Origin: the human T2T-CHM13v2.0 reference genome, Homo sapiens | NCBI RefSeq assembly: GCF_009914755.1 | Contig: NC_060929.1 | Reading direction: 5' to 3' (one strand) | DNA: 64,000 bases | Part shown: one piece after another, positions 11,286-24,980 of the stretch | Layout: every line of letters begins with the position of its first letter | How positions within the stretch are numbered: the stretch's first letter is position 1 | Notes under the pieces: model-generated | Seen by the model: the letters and a program-made list of their open reading frames with translations, nothing else | Databases searched by the model: none | Told to the model about the DNA's origin: nothing | Made by a program: the position numbers and the translations under genes

Positions 11286-14200
11286 TTAGAGACTAATTGT
11301 CCCTTTAACTATTTGGACTTGGGGAGACCATCTGGATGACTAAATTGTGGCAGTCTATCTAAAAACATAAACTATATTTTAAGAAATACATATAAACATT
11401 TTGGTCAATGGAAGAAAGTAACTGGTAAGGCCACATATGTGTGAGAAGAGCAGCAATTCAAACAGAATGTATTAAATGTCAGAGTGCCCAAAACTGACAT
11501 ATCTTATAGAGAAATTCCAACCTGATTCTATTCAATTCCTACTTGGAAATGGACTGGGAAAATATTTCTTCCACATTTTATCTTTATACAGAATGTCTAA
11601 GACCACCAGCGCATCTTCGGATGAAATAAGTGGCTTGAACTTCTGAATACTAGGTGGCACAAAGGCTGTGAATAGATGAGGATCCAGAATCGATGACCTT
11701 CTAAACTTCTGTTTTTTCCATTTCAATGACTCTTGCTGCTCTGCTTCTTTCTTTAATTCTGCATCTCTCCTATTCCACCATGTTCCTTCCCTTTTACGTC
11801 AGACCTAAATTTATCTTCGGAAGGAGAAAACACTTGCTCTCCAAGTATGTGTTAGAATCTTTCAGCTTCTCACTTCTGCCAATGCTTTCTCTAAGTATTT
11901 ATTTTTCATTTCTATGCATGATGAGAAAGAAGATGAAAAGAGCTTAGGGTTCCAATGAAATGTTCGCAGAGATGCAGGGCAATACACAGGAAACACACAG
12001 GTTAGTATGTGTATATTTAACACTTCTACTCATGTTATTGCTTAGAAGATAGCTCCCAATCCTAATTTCCCTTTGCGATACAGTTTGAAGCTCTGGGAAT
12101 GTGAATCATATTTACATAAAATGTAAGCAAGAAATGACTAGTTTTTATGTTACATTTCATTTCTTCATGTAAGTAGAACCCAAGTCAAATATTTCCACTA
12201 TTAACAGGAGAGACACAGTTACTAATTCTCAGGCTAATATCTGTAAATTCATTACATTTAGTTATCTAAGAAAATCTCAGAATAATATTCAAGATCCGTG
12301 TTTAAACAAATAGCTGAAGTCTATCAATTTGAAATACTCTTTTTCAATAACAGAAGTAAAACTGTGGATTTTAATTTAGCTATGGCATACTTAGAACTGA
12401 ATGAAGTTTGAAAGTTTTCTGCCTCTAATTTTTTGAAAGTCATTCTTTATTTTTTTCATGGAAAACATATAACCTCTTCACAGGTTGACATACATAAAAT
12501 CTGAGGCTTGCTTGTGAAATAAATTTCACACATTCTGTATTTCATTAGTTTAAGGAAAACACATGCTGCTTCAGCTGGATAATTTGGTCGTTTGGGAACA
12601 GTGTCTTTTCGTTTTGCTTTTCTTTTAACTGATTGTTACTCTCAAACTAAATGATTCTCCTTTAGGTCCTGTACCCAGTCTCTTTTGTGTCTCCCCAGAA
12701 GTGTCTTAATGGTCATTTATAACATTCATAAATGACTTTGCAATTGTTCATTTATCTTTTTATAAACACACTTATTTCCCCAAGGTAGTTAACCTTAGAA
12801 TATATATTCAAATTAATATTCTTTGTCTTAGCAAAGGTGGTCAGTATGCCTTGAGCTCTACTTTTTCTATCACATACTTGTTGATCATAATACTGCATTT
12901 AGTTGCACCAAATTCTAATTCTTTAATCCAAAGGTATATTCATGCTACAAATAACTAATTAAAAGAAGATTAATATGCAAAATGAGAATAAGCCATAGCC
13001 TACATTTAAAACAGAATATAAATTGAAAATGAATTCTTGACAATATTGAGTTTACCTCATATGAATGACATTAGGATTAATTGCCCATCCTTTGTATAGT
13101 GTCCCAAAGTATAGGTTTATTTTTAAACACCTTACAGCTATTAAACATCTATGCAATCATTATTTAATTTATATATTAAAAAATAAACATGCATTAAACA
13201 AATTCTACACAGCAAGTATTGTGTTGGGTGTTTCAGTTACAGAACATTCCTTTCTAAGAAATTAAGATAGCTTTTTATTCAATGTAAAACAGAAAAACCT
13301 GCCTTTCCTATGTCTTCTGGTTGACATTTTTATGAACCACAAGGACAAAGTAAGATAAATTTCACATACAACATATTACAAGCATTGGTGTCTGTTAATA
13401 AACCAGCTTTCTAACCTGCAGAATTAATGACTGCACATTTCTTAAGAGGCAAAATATATGATAATTTGACATTGTTTTTGACCTATATACCATTAATAAT
13501 ACCTAGTTATAAAAATAAACACTTCTTAAAATTGGAAGAACTTTTTAAATAAAGAGGTAACACAGTAATTCAAATGACATATTTTACTTATACTTTCAGA
13601 AGTTTAAAATGAAAATACTTTCAGTAAAAATTATCTTTCCTTTTCATAACTTTTTATAAACTATGTTTATTCCAATTCCTGTTGTTGAATTTGAGCTTTA
13701 CTATTTACCGTAGATATAACCTTTGAGAATTTTTTGACCTTTCTAAGCTGTAGTCACTTTATTTGTAAAATTGCATTATATAGTGTTTTAGATAATTAAA
13801 AGAGATTATATATATATATGGCTGACAAATTATAAGGGCTCAATAAATGTTATTGTTATTTTTATTCATATGGATTTAACTCTAATAGTATGAAGATTTC
13901 TCTCTCTAATTCCCTGCTGAAAACATATTTAAATAAATATCTTCTCAAGAACACTTATTCTTTCCTCCTCTGGAGGCATCCAGCTTTCTATGAGATAGAA
14001 TCTTCTGTCCTTGGAAAAGTCCTTCAAATACTACCTGAGTGTCAGTCAAATGGCAGTTATCCCACATCTATAATAGTTAATGCCTTTCAAGATATTACCC
14101 TCTCTCAAGCCCAAGGACTATAATTATTTGGAAATAGATTTCCACCTTAATATTGGTGTGCTTTAACCTGTTCGAAAGTGAGAGGTCAAGGAATATTTAA

Positions 14201-16149
14201 ATTAAGGTGTATGTTTCCTTCTGATTCAGAGTGTTCAAAAATTTTTAAATGAATATTTCAATTAAATAGGTCTTCTAAGGCTTTAAAAATAATAGGAAAA
14301 TTTTATTGGGTTAATTTTTACCCAATCATGACTACCATCTGTCCACTCACCAAGGCTCTTTCAGAAGCACTGGCACGGAAGGCTGGACGAGCACTTGGAC
14401 TCTCATTATTCAAGTTGGTTTCTGGCTCTGAGTCACTCTTCCTTTTGTGCATTCTCACAGTGGAACACTGAGAAATAGTGTTTGTATAACTGCCAATACA
14501 GTGAAATTGAGTCCCCACAAACATTCCTATATAAAAGTTCTGCATCATTTTATTTCTATAAGCAAATCAAGTCTTTACTAACATATCAATATCACCAAAA
14601 AGCATTGTGGAAAATTACTTTCTTCCAAGAGACACTGTTTAGAAAAAAGTAAAAATCAGTTATAAAGCCACAACCTCTACCAAGTTTAGGATTATGGTAA
14701 ATAGTTTGAAAATAAAATATTGAACTTACCTCTTGCATCACATCGTAGCATAGAGAAGTGGACTCTCAGGGATTTAAGATAAATAAGATAGATCTACTTA
14801 AACAAAAGACAGATCATGAGACAAACAAATAGAATGATTATATACATCATGCACAAATAGGAGTTTCACTGTCCAACCAAATAAAATCTTTGCATGTTCA
14901 TGAGACGGGGCAGGGGACAGGAGATGCTTGTTAGATACTGACTTTCGCGGACTCACACATCTGCATAAGGATCTTAGTCAATAACTTTGCCTAACACAAA
15001 GGACATGGAGAGAGTTATACTGTTTAGATTGCCAAAGGAAGTATAAAAGTACAAAAGAAGCTGAAGCCTGCCAGAACCGTTCCGTATGGATATAATAAAG
15101 CAGCAGGAGTTCAAAGTACTGTCAGCAAAATATCGAGTCATGGGCCTCTTACCAAATATATGACATAGTTAAATATTTTTAAATGTGTAGAATTATTAGG
15201 AGAAACTTGTCCAATCTTCTTATTTTAAGTCTCCATCTAGTTTTCATTATCACAGAGAATATGTATCACAGAGAATACCTGATTTTCCTTTTATCTGACT
15301 TTATTTCTGAGATATCTTTTGCTCACTTAGTTATAGATAGTTCAAAGAAAAAAAAACAAAATTGTTGAGTGTCTACTATGAATTAAAACAAGAGACACAG
15401 CAGTGAATACAAAATCAAGATCTTAGCTTTTGTAGAGCTTAGTTGAAGGAAAACACAGCTATGATCAAATAAACATATATTTTGTCAGGCATATATATTC
15501 TAAGTTTGTTATATTTATAAAATATATTTATACAATACTGGAGTATGAGAATACCTGTCTAATCTTTTCTTCATTTATTCAGTCATTTATTTGACATAAT
15601 TATTGAACACTCACAATATGCCACAATATGCCTATTTTAGCTAATAGGGTGTCATAGTGAACCAGCCAGGGAAATCTGCTTCCACACCAGAAGCTTATGT
15701 TCTAACAAATAATTAATGAAACTTGCCCCCACAACATTTGATTTTATGATAGCCTTCTGGCCTGAAGAAAAAAAAAAGATAGACTGAATTTTGAAGAAAA
15801 AGTCCTCGGAGTTTTACCATGATGTTCAAATGAATATTATATCCTGGTGAGAACTGGAAATATGTAAGATTTATTTACAAATTAGGAATCTATTTAATTA
15901 CTGGAAGTCATCATAATTATCTCACTCTCTTTTTTTTGCAAAACATCAAGAGGTTAGTGAGAAAATTATACTCTGCTTGGGGCCACAATTTAGCATTGTG
16001 GCAGCAGAATGCAATTCCAGATCATTATATCCTTAAAAATTCTCTAATGATGATTCCATTCGCATCACACAGTGTGATTTTGCATTGTTACTTTAATCAT
16101 TCCTGTATTTCACAATAACTCACATTCTATAAAAAGTTTACTGATAGAA

Positions 16150-17100
16150 ATTTGAGTAGGCGGTTTACTTTTAAATTTTTATACTAACTTTGAATTGGCA
16201 ATTCATACACATAGTGTATAAATCACATTTCATGAAAATATGTAGTGTAAATTAAGTATTCTTTCCCCACCCCAGAGCATAGACATCATGGAGATCACCA
16301 TTATTATCTTTCTTGTGCATACTTCAAGAAATACTCTAAGGACACCTAAATACAAGGTATACATATGATATATGTAAACACAAGGTATACATATGGTACC
16401 CTGACAAATTAGCAACCAAGCTAAGACACATTGGAGAGTGAAAAGGTATGTAAGTAGGTAATTATGCCAGGGGAACAGGTGAAAAATAAGAAATATCCTG
16501 GGCAAACTGAAATGCATAGTCATCCTGACTATACATCCTATGTTTATGTACACATTTCTTTTAATATGATTCATGTAACAGCACAGTTTACATTCTTTTG
16601 CACCTTCCTTTGTCACATACAAATATATCTGGGTGCATTTTCAGATGATTGTATATAAAAGTATTTTATAATGTCTGTATGGTTATGTCATTAGTTTCCC
16701 TGTTGACATTTAGATTATTTCCATTCTTCTACTATTACAAATAATTTTGTAATGAATAGCTTTACACCATTTTGCTTATATGTAAGTATATTTGTGGGAT
16801 AAAGTGTTAGAATTCAAGTTTTGGGATTAAAAGCTAGGTTATTTTTTAAAAATTTGGTGGACACTGCCAAGCTGTCATTTTGAAAAGTTCTATCAGTTCT
16901 TATGATAACCAGTACAGTGGTTATCACAATTTGTTACACATGTCACACATATTAAACTTTTTAATAGTTTTAAAGTGATAACTTGTTAGTTTTCATTTGC
17001 ATTTTAATGCAGCATTCATTTCAGAGCCATTAGAACTTCCTCTTGCTCATATTTTCTATGAAATCATTAACCTTTACCTTATTGATTTATAGAAACTAAG
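16150..17100 (-). mobile_element. Old L1 (L1ME-like) 3' fragment
   Basis: Degraded antisense L1 motifs (gacatttagattatttccattcttctactattacaaataat; ttttcatttgcatt). Confidence 0.55.
16392..16528 (-). mobile_element. MER81-like hAT (Blackjack) MITE
   Basis: gagagtgaaaagg...aattatgccagggaacagg...cctgggcaaactgaaatgcatagtcatcctg matches the reverse complement of recalled MER81 consensus. Confidence 0.6.
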
Positions 17101-17427
17101 TATGATATTGGAATTTTACGTCGATATGATTTCTCTTCCATTTCAAATGCATTCTTATTTTGGCAATATTCATTTTTCACCAAAGGAAATGCTAGTTCTT
17201 TAAATGATTTAGCTCCTCAAGTCATACCTGAGGACTCATGTAGTTATAAGGGACAAAATAAATATATAATGGGGATTTTTGCAAATGAGATGTTTGATGC
17301 TGAATGACTAGGCATCTTCATTCCTTCAATCTTGCGTCTATTAAGTATTTATTTTGTAGAAACTTTGTAGCGGGCACTGTGCCAGGTGCTATAAGTAAAT
17401 CCATGAGAAAGATACCCCTCAGGTGGT

Positions 17428-18520
17428 TATTAGTTAGCTGCCATTAGGATATACTCTGGCAATAGCCTCAAATCTTCGTAGATTGAAACAACAATGGTTT
17501 ATTTCTTGTTCATGTGATATTAAAGCTGTAGAAACTGCAATTTAGCTGTGGCCCCACTATACCTTGGTTGTTTTCTTTGGGTGTTTTTCATTCCAGCAAA
17601 TTGGCAATGTCCTAGTACTATGCTGTCGTGGGAGCCAAGGATGAAAGCTCCCATTGGCCCTGTGAAGATACGCTGAAAAATCAATTTGCAAAAGCAGATT
17701 AATTGGAGAAAAGACACACACATTTATTTAGTGTATATGCATGACAGCCTTCAGAATGAAGAACCAAAGATATAGGGAACAGTGTCCATTTTTATCTTTA
17801 GGTTCAACAAAATATAGACAACCACGTAGAGATATAATTGGACAAAAAATACGTTCTAATGCTAATAGGCTGAGAGAAAACCCAGGAGGACCTGTCCATT
17901 CAGATTCTTGTTGGCCTTTCTGAGCATGAAGTCTTTCCTTCCAAGTATGGGACAGGATCTTCTCCGTAATGGGGGTCATATAACCTACAGTCAAATAAGG
18001 TAGGTCAGATAATTTCTTTATGGCCAGTTTTCACACAGAAAGGCAGAAGGAAAGTGAGAGTAATGTTTTTAGGGTTTATGGCTGGCTTTGCAGAAAAGGA
18101 GTTCTGGTTTCTATAACTCACTTTGGGCAAAAGAGATTCTAGTTTCTATGGCTAGCCTTGGGGCAGAATAGACCCAAGACACATGTCAGAAGGAAAGTCA
18201 GAGAAAAACTTGCTTCTGAGGCCTTCACTTTGGGATAATTTTCTGAGGCTCAGTACTGTTCTCATGGCACAAGGGAAAGTAGAGAAGTGCTAACCGTACC
18301 GTAGCTCTTAAAAGCATCTTCTCAGTTAGATATACACAATATTCTGCACACATTCCATTGACCAGAGCAAGTGACATTGTAAAACAAGAATTCAATGAGA
18401 TGAGGAAATAAACTCCTTCCTTCAGGAGGCATTGCACCTCACATGGCGATGGACATAGTTATATAATCCTCATACAAAAGGAGCAGCAGTGAAAACAATG
18501 TTATGATCAATTATAACAAA
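17428..18520 (-). mobile_element. MLT1-type MaLR LTR, interrupted by a younger ERV1 LTR
   Basis: tattagttagctgcc...aaacaacaatggtttatttcttg at left; cacattccattgaccagagcaagtgacat at right. Confidence 0.6.
17661..18255 (-). mobile_element. ERV1 MER4-group solo LTR (MER67-like)
   Basis: Reverse complement starts with tgagcctcagaaaattatcccaaagtgaaggcctcagaagcaagtttttctctgac...ggctagccatagaaactagaatc. Confidence 0.65.
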
Positions 18521-21500
18521 GGCAAGGCCATTGGCCGCAAATATTCATGTCCCACTCTTCTACAGCATCAGACTCTATGTCTAGGATCTTAATATAGACT
18601 TGCATTGGTTCCACTTTTAATCTTTCTGATTCATCTAAGTATGAAAAAGCCAAGTTGTCTGCACACACACCCGCAACATACACTGCGCAATGCTAACGTA
18701 AGGACCACATAATCACATAAATATTCCCTTTTCCATAGCAGAAGTGGAGACAAAAAACAGTTTTTGTTCTATAGCAATGCTAAATTTGGGAGATAGGGAA
18801 TATTCCTTGATTAACCCTTCCCTTTTCTGCTCTCTGAAGGTAGCCCCAAAGTTCATTGAACTATATGGCCCTTAGTATTGCTGTCTAGGAGTTCCTCTCT
18901 TCCCCATTTTCCTCTTGCACTATATCAAAATACACCACTGAAGACTAAGCTCACCTCAGCCTGTCTTCCTCTTGTGGAAAGTTGAATACTTGGTGTTTTA
19001 GGTATGCATTAAGTCTTTCTGTTTTGACCTAGGATGCAGGGCTCCCTGAGCAAACTGTATGTTTTGTCTGCTTGCTTCTGGTGAGCTCTATTTGCCTATG
19101 GTCAAAGCTACAATTCTTTCCAAGACAGGTCTTAGTCTCTCTCTCTCTTTCTCTCTCTTGCTGTTTCTGCATATTTACATTTGTGAAGTCATCTCTCCAT
19201 CAGAGTTAAGACACTAAATGTTCCTCTAACTCCCAAAGAGTTAGTTTTTCTCTGTGGGTGTGGTGGGGCAGTCATAGGCTGGATAGGACTGAGTGGAATC
19301 AGAATTCTCCAGAGCATAGTTTCTTCAAATAACAGATGATCCTTACTTCAAACCCATACACCCAGACATAACTAGAGACTCTGAATTTGCCTTTAGAAAA
19401 TAGGCTGAATTCCAAATACACGTCAGAATGACAATGACAAGAAAAAAAAAAAGTGGCAACTCAAAATCTAGCAGCTCAAAGCTAGATTTGATGGTTCTAG
19501 GAAGAAATTTCAGGAAATCCAAAATTTAAGATAGGTATAAAATGTTGATTTCCTTACTTCTTTTTATTTTCTAGCACTTAGAGGCATAGTATTGTGTTAG
19601 GTGATCTTGTAACACCAGTTCTTAGGCAGTTAGTTACTAGTTATTAATTGACTCCTCCAAAATGAGGAAAAGAGGAAATAAACAGATCCACAGCCAAAGA
19701 CATTTTCTCTTGCAATATTATGCCTACCAAAATAAAATTTAGAGAGATATCATATATCAATGGCTGTCATATTACAAAACTGAGGAAAAAACTTACACTG
19801 CAAATCAAGGTGCAATTAGGTATTTCCTGGTATCATTTATTTTCCCTCCCTCAGTTATAAAATCACTATACACCTTCTTTTTCCTCTATAAATATTTATT
19901 GACTGGTTTACTCTTTCCTAGGGACTGTGTTATGCACTTCAGATGAGGAATACAAAATACAAAATTCCTTATAAGTTGTGGAATAAAAGATGCAAGACAA
20001 AACAAGCAGTGCCGAAGACACACGGACCACATTAATCAGAAAGAAGCAGGGTGCTAAATGAAGAGGCCAAGAGATCCTCTTGGGATATCTGGGATTATTT
20101 CACAGAGAAGAAACCTAAATTCTTAACCTAGATTCTCAAAGTATGAGGAGTAAGCAAGCAGATACTGCGAGTAGAGATGACACCAATGAAAACACAATGG
20201 ACATGAGAAAATAAGGGCACTGCAAACACAATTACACACCCAAAGCCTAATTTTCAACTAAGGAAACTTGAGTCCCAGACTGCCCAGCATTGTAAAATGT
20301 ACGAAGAGATTTAGGTTTTATTCTTCAGCAGACAAAATGCACTGACTTTTTTTGTTTGTTTGTTTAATTGAGGAGTGGTATGATTCCATAACGGATTTAA
20401 AAGAGTAAATGTGTTAGGACTGGGAGATTGATTGGCATGGGAAGATGATAGCAAGGAGACCAGGCTATTAGAGGAGTAGGGCAAACACACTCTGATCTGA
20501 TCTGAGACCATGGCCATTTTCTTTCAAAAATGTTTTTGGAAATATTTTATGGTTATTATTTTTAAATAAAATAGCTCCTACTCTTGATTTCACTACAAAT
20601 GTTAAAATATTGCTATCACTTATAAGACAAAACCATAGGCTAATGTATAATGCTTGTAATAGAGCATACTTGGTAAATACAAAGGCACAGCTGCTTTAAT
20701 TAATTTCTATGAGAAAAGTAAACAAAAATTTTGAATACTTCATGCAAAGTATAACAAGCTTATAGGCTTTTACATTTTCCAGTTCACATTGCCATTTCTA
20801 TCTAAGAAGGACACACAATAAGATGGAAGAAAACTTGCTTTAAAATCTTTATTTTAAGCAGGGACTTAATGCAGTGATTTTATTCTCCTAATAAATATAA
20901 CCCCACATAAGAGCTGTCACCATATTCTGTAATAGGCACCAAGTTTGAGCCAAACTAATTAGCAATAAATCTGCCAGAACCCACTCAAAATATTCTCCTA
21001 ATTAATCAGAAAAGAAATAGATGAATTGAAAAATGTTGTTATCCCATGAAAGAAATTTTATCATCAATTTCTGTGGTTACTTAACTGATTTGTCTGTCTT
21101 CATACTGGCACGCCCATCAGCCTTTGCTTTATAAGTCAGTTAAAAATTTTCTGATTACTTGGGATGAAGGGATTATAAAAAGCTATAAGTACCAAGTGAT
21201 CATGATTTTTAGCTGGATTATATTTATTTGTTTGAGCACACTTCACTAATAAAATATTTTTCCTGTATTTCATATACTAAAATAGTTACCTCCACTTTTT
21301 TAAAATCTTTAGCTGATTTCTGTTTTTAAAACCCTCATTTACTTTTTACTGTTTTGGTTCTTCTGTGTAATAATTTTTTTTCATCTCTTCCTCAACAGTT
21401 TCCATTGAATGTTTTCAGAATACTTTCATCTAAATTTTAAATGTCTCTTGAGTGTAGCTAATTAAGCTTCATTAAAGCATAACAATCTAAATCTTAACAC

Positions 21501-21739
21501 CAATAATGAGCACTTAATAAAACAAAGACAACCTTCCATTTGAAGATTAACAAATTTGCTCTATATGTTCTTTTCCAGGCTAAGGAAACAGTCTGCCATC
21601 TGATATAAATTTTACCTTAATATTTGTACCTTTATTACTTTATTCCATGCTTTTAAATGGTTAGAACATCATGGGCTTCTTCCAAAATTTCTGAAGGAAA
21701 AATATTTTAAAGTTCTCATTAGTCTTCAAAAGCATAAAG

Positions 21740-22312
21740 TATGGAAAGGTGGGAAGGGTAGGGAGAGATGTGACTTTACAGCAGAGAAACGTGCCAAACA
21801 CTACCTCAACTTCATGGTAAAGACTAACATCATCAGTGAAAATCATTTCAATTGTGTTTATCTTTGATATTAAGTGTTAAGAATGGTACTTATCTTTGTA
21901 TTCATTATCCGCAAATCCCCATAGCCCCAATCTAAACCTGGAAACAAAAAATCAGACAAATCCAAACTGATACTCTACAAAATACCTGGCCAGCACTCCT
22001 GAAATATGTGAAAGTCATCACATACTTTGATGATTTTCACATATTTCTTACACTGAGAAACTTTGCAAGAGGAAGGTAGTACATATGATAATTAATGTAA
22101 TGAGGTATCCTGGATGGGATCCTGGAACAGAAAGAAAAAAAATTTGGAAAGTTCAAGTGAAGTACAGAGTTTGGTTAATGGCAATGTTACCAACATTGGT
22201 TTCTTAGTTTTGACAAATGCACCATGGCAATGTAAGATGTTAACTGGATGAAAGTTACTCAGAAACTTTCTGTACCATCTCTGCAAATATTCTGGAAACC
22301 TAAAACAATTCT
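21740..22312 (+). mobile_element. L1MC-type 3' UTR fragment
   Basis: gtgactttacagcagagaaac...; aatgtaatgaggtatcctggatgggatcctggaacag; aactttctgtaccatctctgcaa. Confidence 0.7.
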
Positions 22313-23449
22313 ATTTTTTGAAAGTTTATTCACAAATAATTTCATAAGAACAGATAATCAATATCACAAGGTAATTGTGAAAACAGGCAAAATAGTCTTA
22401 TGTCTATTCCTGATAAATTATGTATTGATTATTAATAGAACTTCCACATGCATTTTATGCTATAAAATATTTTGTACAGTAGATTTATGCCTCATGAGTT
22501 AAGTTGTAATCCAATGGCAAGGGGAACATTTTGTCAAAGTTTCTCTTGACAGTACATTAAACTACCCATAAAATATGGAACATATTGTCTTATGTATACA
22601 ACATCCTACAGAGTTCTTGTAAATCCTTCATAGTGTTTCTCCATGGTATCTTTCCTAATAAATATAATCCTTCAATGTAATTTTCAAATGGCATAAAGGA
22701 AGTTTCCATCTTCCAACCACTTGCACAAACAATGTGATTCATTTCTTTCTAAATGATCTGGAAACTCTTTGCAGAATGTCTGCTCTCTTTCCAAAGGCAT
22801 CAAAATATGGACTTATTACTTAAGATTCCATTGAATTTACTCTCAGAGGCACATGCTCATTGAGAAAAATGCTGAATCATCACCTCTCACTTATTATTAT
22901 GGTTCTTTATTTCCAGAGGTTCAATTGAGTTCTAACAGGTATACATGTGACTCCATTGTATTTCAAAATGGTGAATAAATATATTAGCAATATTTAAATT
23001 TATCATACAAAAAAATTTGTATAGATAGGATGGAAATATATGTTCTTACACTTGATTGGAATAAAATCAGTGAACTGTGTTTAAAATATAAACATAAATA
23101 TTGAGACTAGTAAAAATGTGATCATCTAACGAATATTGTTTTAAAAATTAACGTTTGAAGCAATTACATCTAATTTTTGTGTTGCTCCTGTGCCATTTAA
23201 AGAGATACCCCTATTATTGTGAGTGATGGTGGTTATTATGTGTATTGATACTGGATTAAAAATCTCAAATTGATTTTTTAAAGTTATTAAAAATCATTGA
23301 TCAAGTAATAAGAAAAATTAACTGGAAAAGTTCAACTGCTTATACAATTTTGATAAATGAAGGAGCATAATTGGAAAGTTTAACCATCATTAAAGATGTT
23401 ATCTGTGTCACATGAAGTAAACTAAAAATGCAGCAATTAAAATGGGAAA

Positions 23450-23880
23450 ACTTTAGTGTTGTTCACTGAGTGTTTCTGGCTCTTGACCTTTCAGACACAT
23501 CATTGTATGCATTTTCTTGCTCTTTTTTATTATGTGGGGGTCAAGTGAGACACTCTAGTAAGCAAATTATGTATATAAATTTGTTGTGATATTTCTAGGC
23601 CAAATATTTAATTGGTTGTGCAAATCTCCAGAGCTTTATTTTTCCTCTGGAAAAGTGACCAACATTATTCCAAATAGTATTTGTCCCATCAAGCTAGGGC
23701 CTCCAATGACTCTGAAGTTCCAATGGATAGAGTTGCTTTGTCGACTGTGATCTGGTTTTGCATAGCAAATAACCAAAAAAATAATAATTTAAAGCCATAA
23801 AACAGCTTTCTTGTTATAAGTTACTGAGATTTGAGAGTTGCTGGCTAACAGATCATAACATTGCTTGTACAGTTACAGTA
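23450..23880 (+). mobile_element. MLT1-type MaLR LTR (degraded)
   Basis: gtgatatttctaggccaaatatttaattggttgtg; 3' end tgttataagttactgagatttgagagttg. Confidence 0.55.
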
Positions 23881-24622
23881 CCACTTGTTTTTAGTACTAG
23901 CATTACTCTAGTTTAAAAAGTTGTTTAAATTTCATTTGTAATTGGAAAATAATATATAGGAATATATATGTGTATATATATGGGGTATAATGTGATGTTT
24001 TGCTACATATTTACAATGAGGAATGATCAATTCAGACTAATTAACAAATCCATAACTTCACATAACTTACCTTTTTTGGTTGTGAAAACATTTAAAATCA
24101 GCTTCTTTGGCAATTTGGAAATACATAATACATTGTTGTTTATTGTAGTCACCATTCTGTGCAATAGATCACTAAAGCTTATTCCTCCTGTCTACCTCAA
24201 ACTTTGTACCCTTTTATCAACATCTCCCCTTTTCTCATCTCCCTCCCTCCCCCAGCCTCTGGTAGCCATCATTCTACATTCTACTTGTAGGAGCTGTACT
24301 TTTTAGAGTCCACGTATGAGATAATGAAGTATTTGTCTTTTTGTGCCTGGCTTAGTCACTTAGTATAATGTCTTTCATGGTCATCCATGTTGTCCAAATA
24401 ACAGAAATCCCCCCTTTTAACGCCGAATAGTATACCATTGTGTATCTATATAAAACACATTTTTGTTATATATTTAACTATTGATGAATACCTAGATTGC
24501 TTCCATATCTTGGCTATTGTGAATAATACTGCAATGAACATGAAAGTGCAGATATCTCTTTGGCATGCTGATTTTAATGCCTTTGGATATATACCCAGGA
24601 GTGGGATTAATGAATCGTATGG

Positions 24623-24980
24623 TGATATAGATTTGATCTGCCTCCCTTCCCCCCAAATCCCATGTTGAAATGTAATCATCAGTGTTGGAGGTGGGGCGTG
24701 GTGGGAACTGACTGGATCATGGCGGTGGATTTCTCATGAATGGTTTGGCATCATCTCCCTAATGCTGTCTTCACAATAGTGAGTAACTTATCATGAGATC
24801 TGGCTGCTTAAAAGTGTGGCACCTTGCTCTCTCTCTCTCTTCCTCCTGCTTTCACCACGTGATGTGCCTGCTCCTTCTTTTGCCTTCTTCCATGATTGGA
24901 AGCTTCCTGATTCCTCCCCAGAAGCAGGTGCCACTCTGCTTTCTCTATGGCCTGCAGAACCATGAATCAGTTAAGCCTCT
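24623..24980 (+). mobile_element. MST (MaLR) LTR, 3'-truncated
   Basis: tgatatagatttgatctg...catgttgaaatgtaatc...gcctgcagaaccatgaatcagttaagcctct; terminal part absent. Confidence 0.85.
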
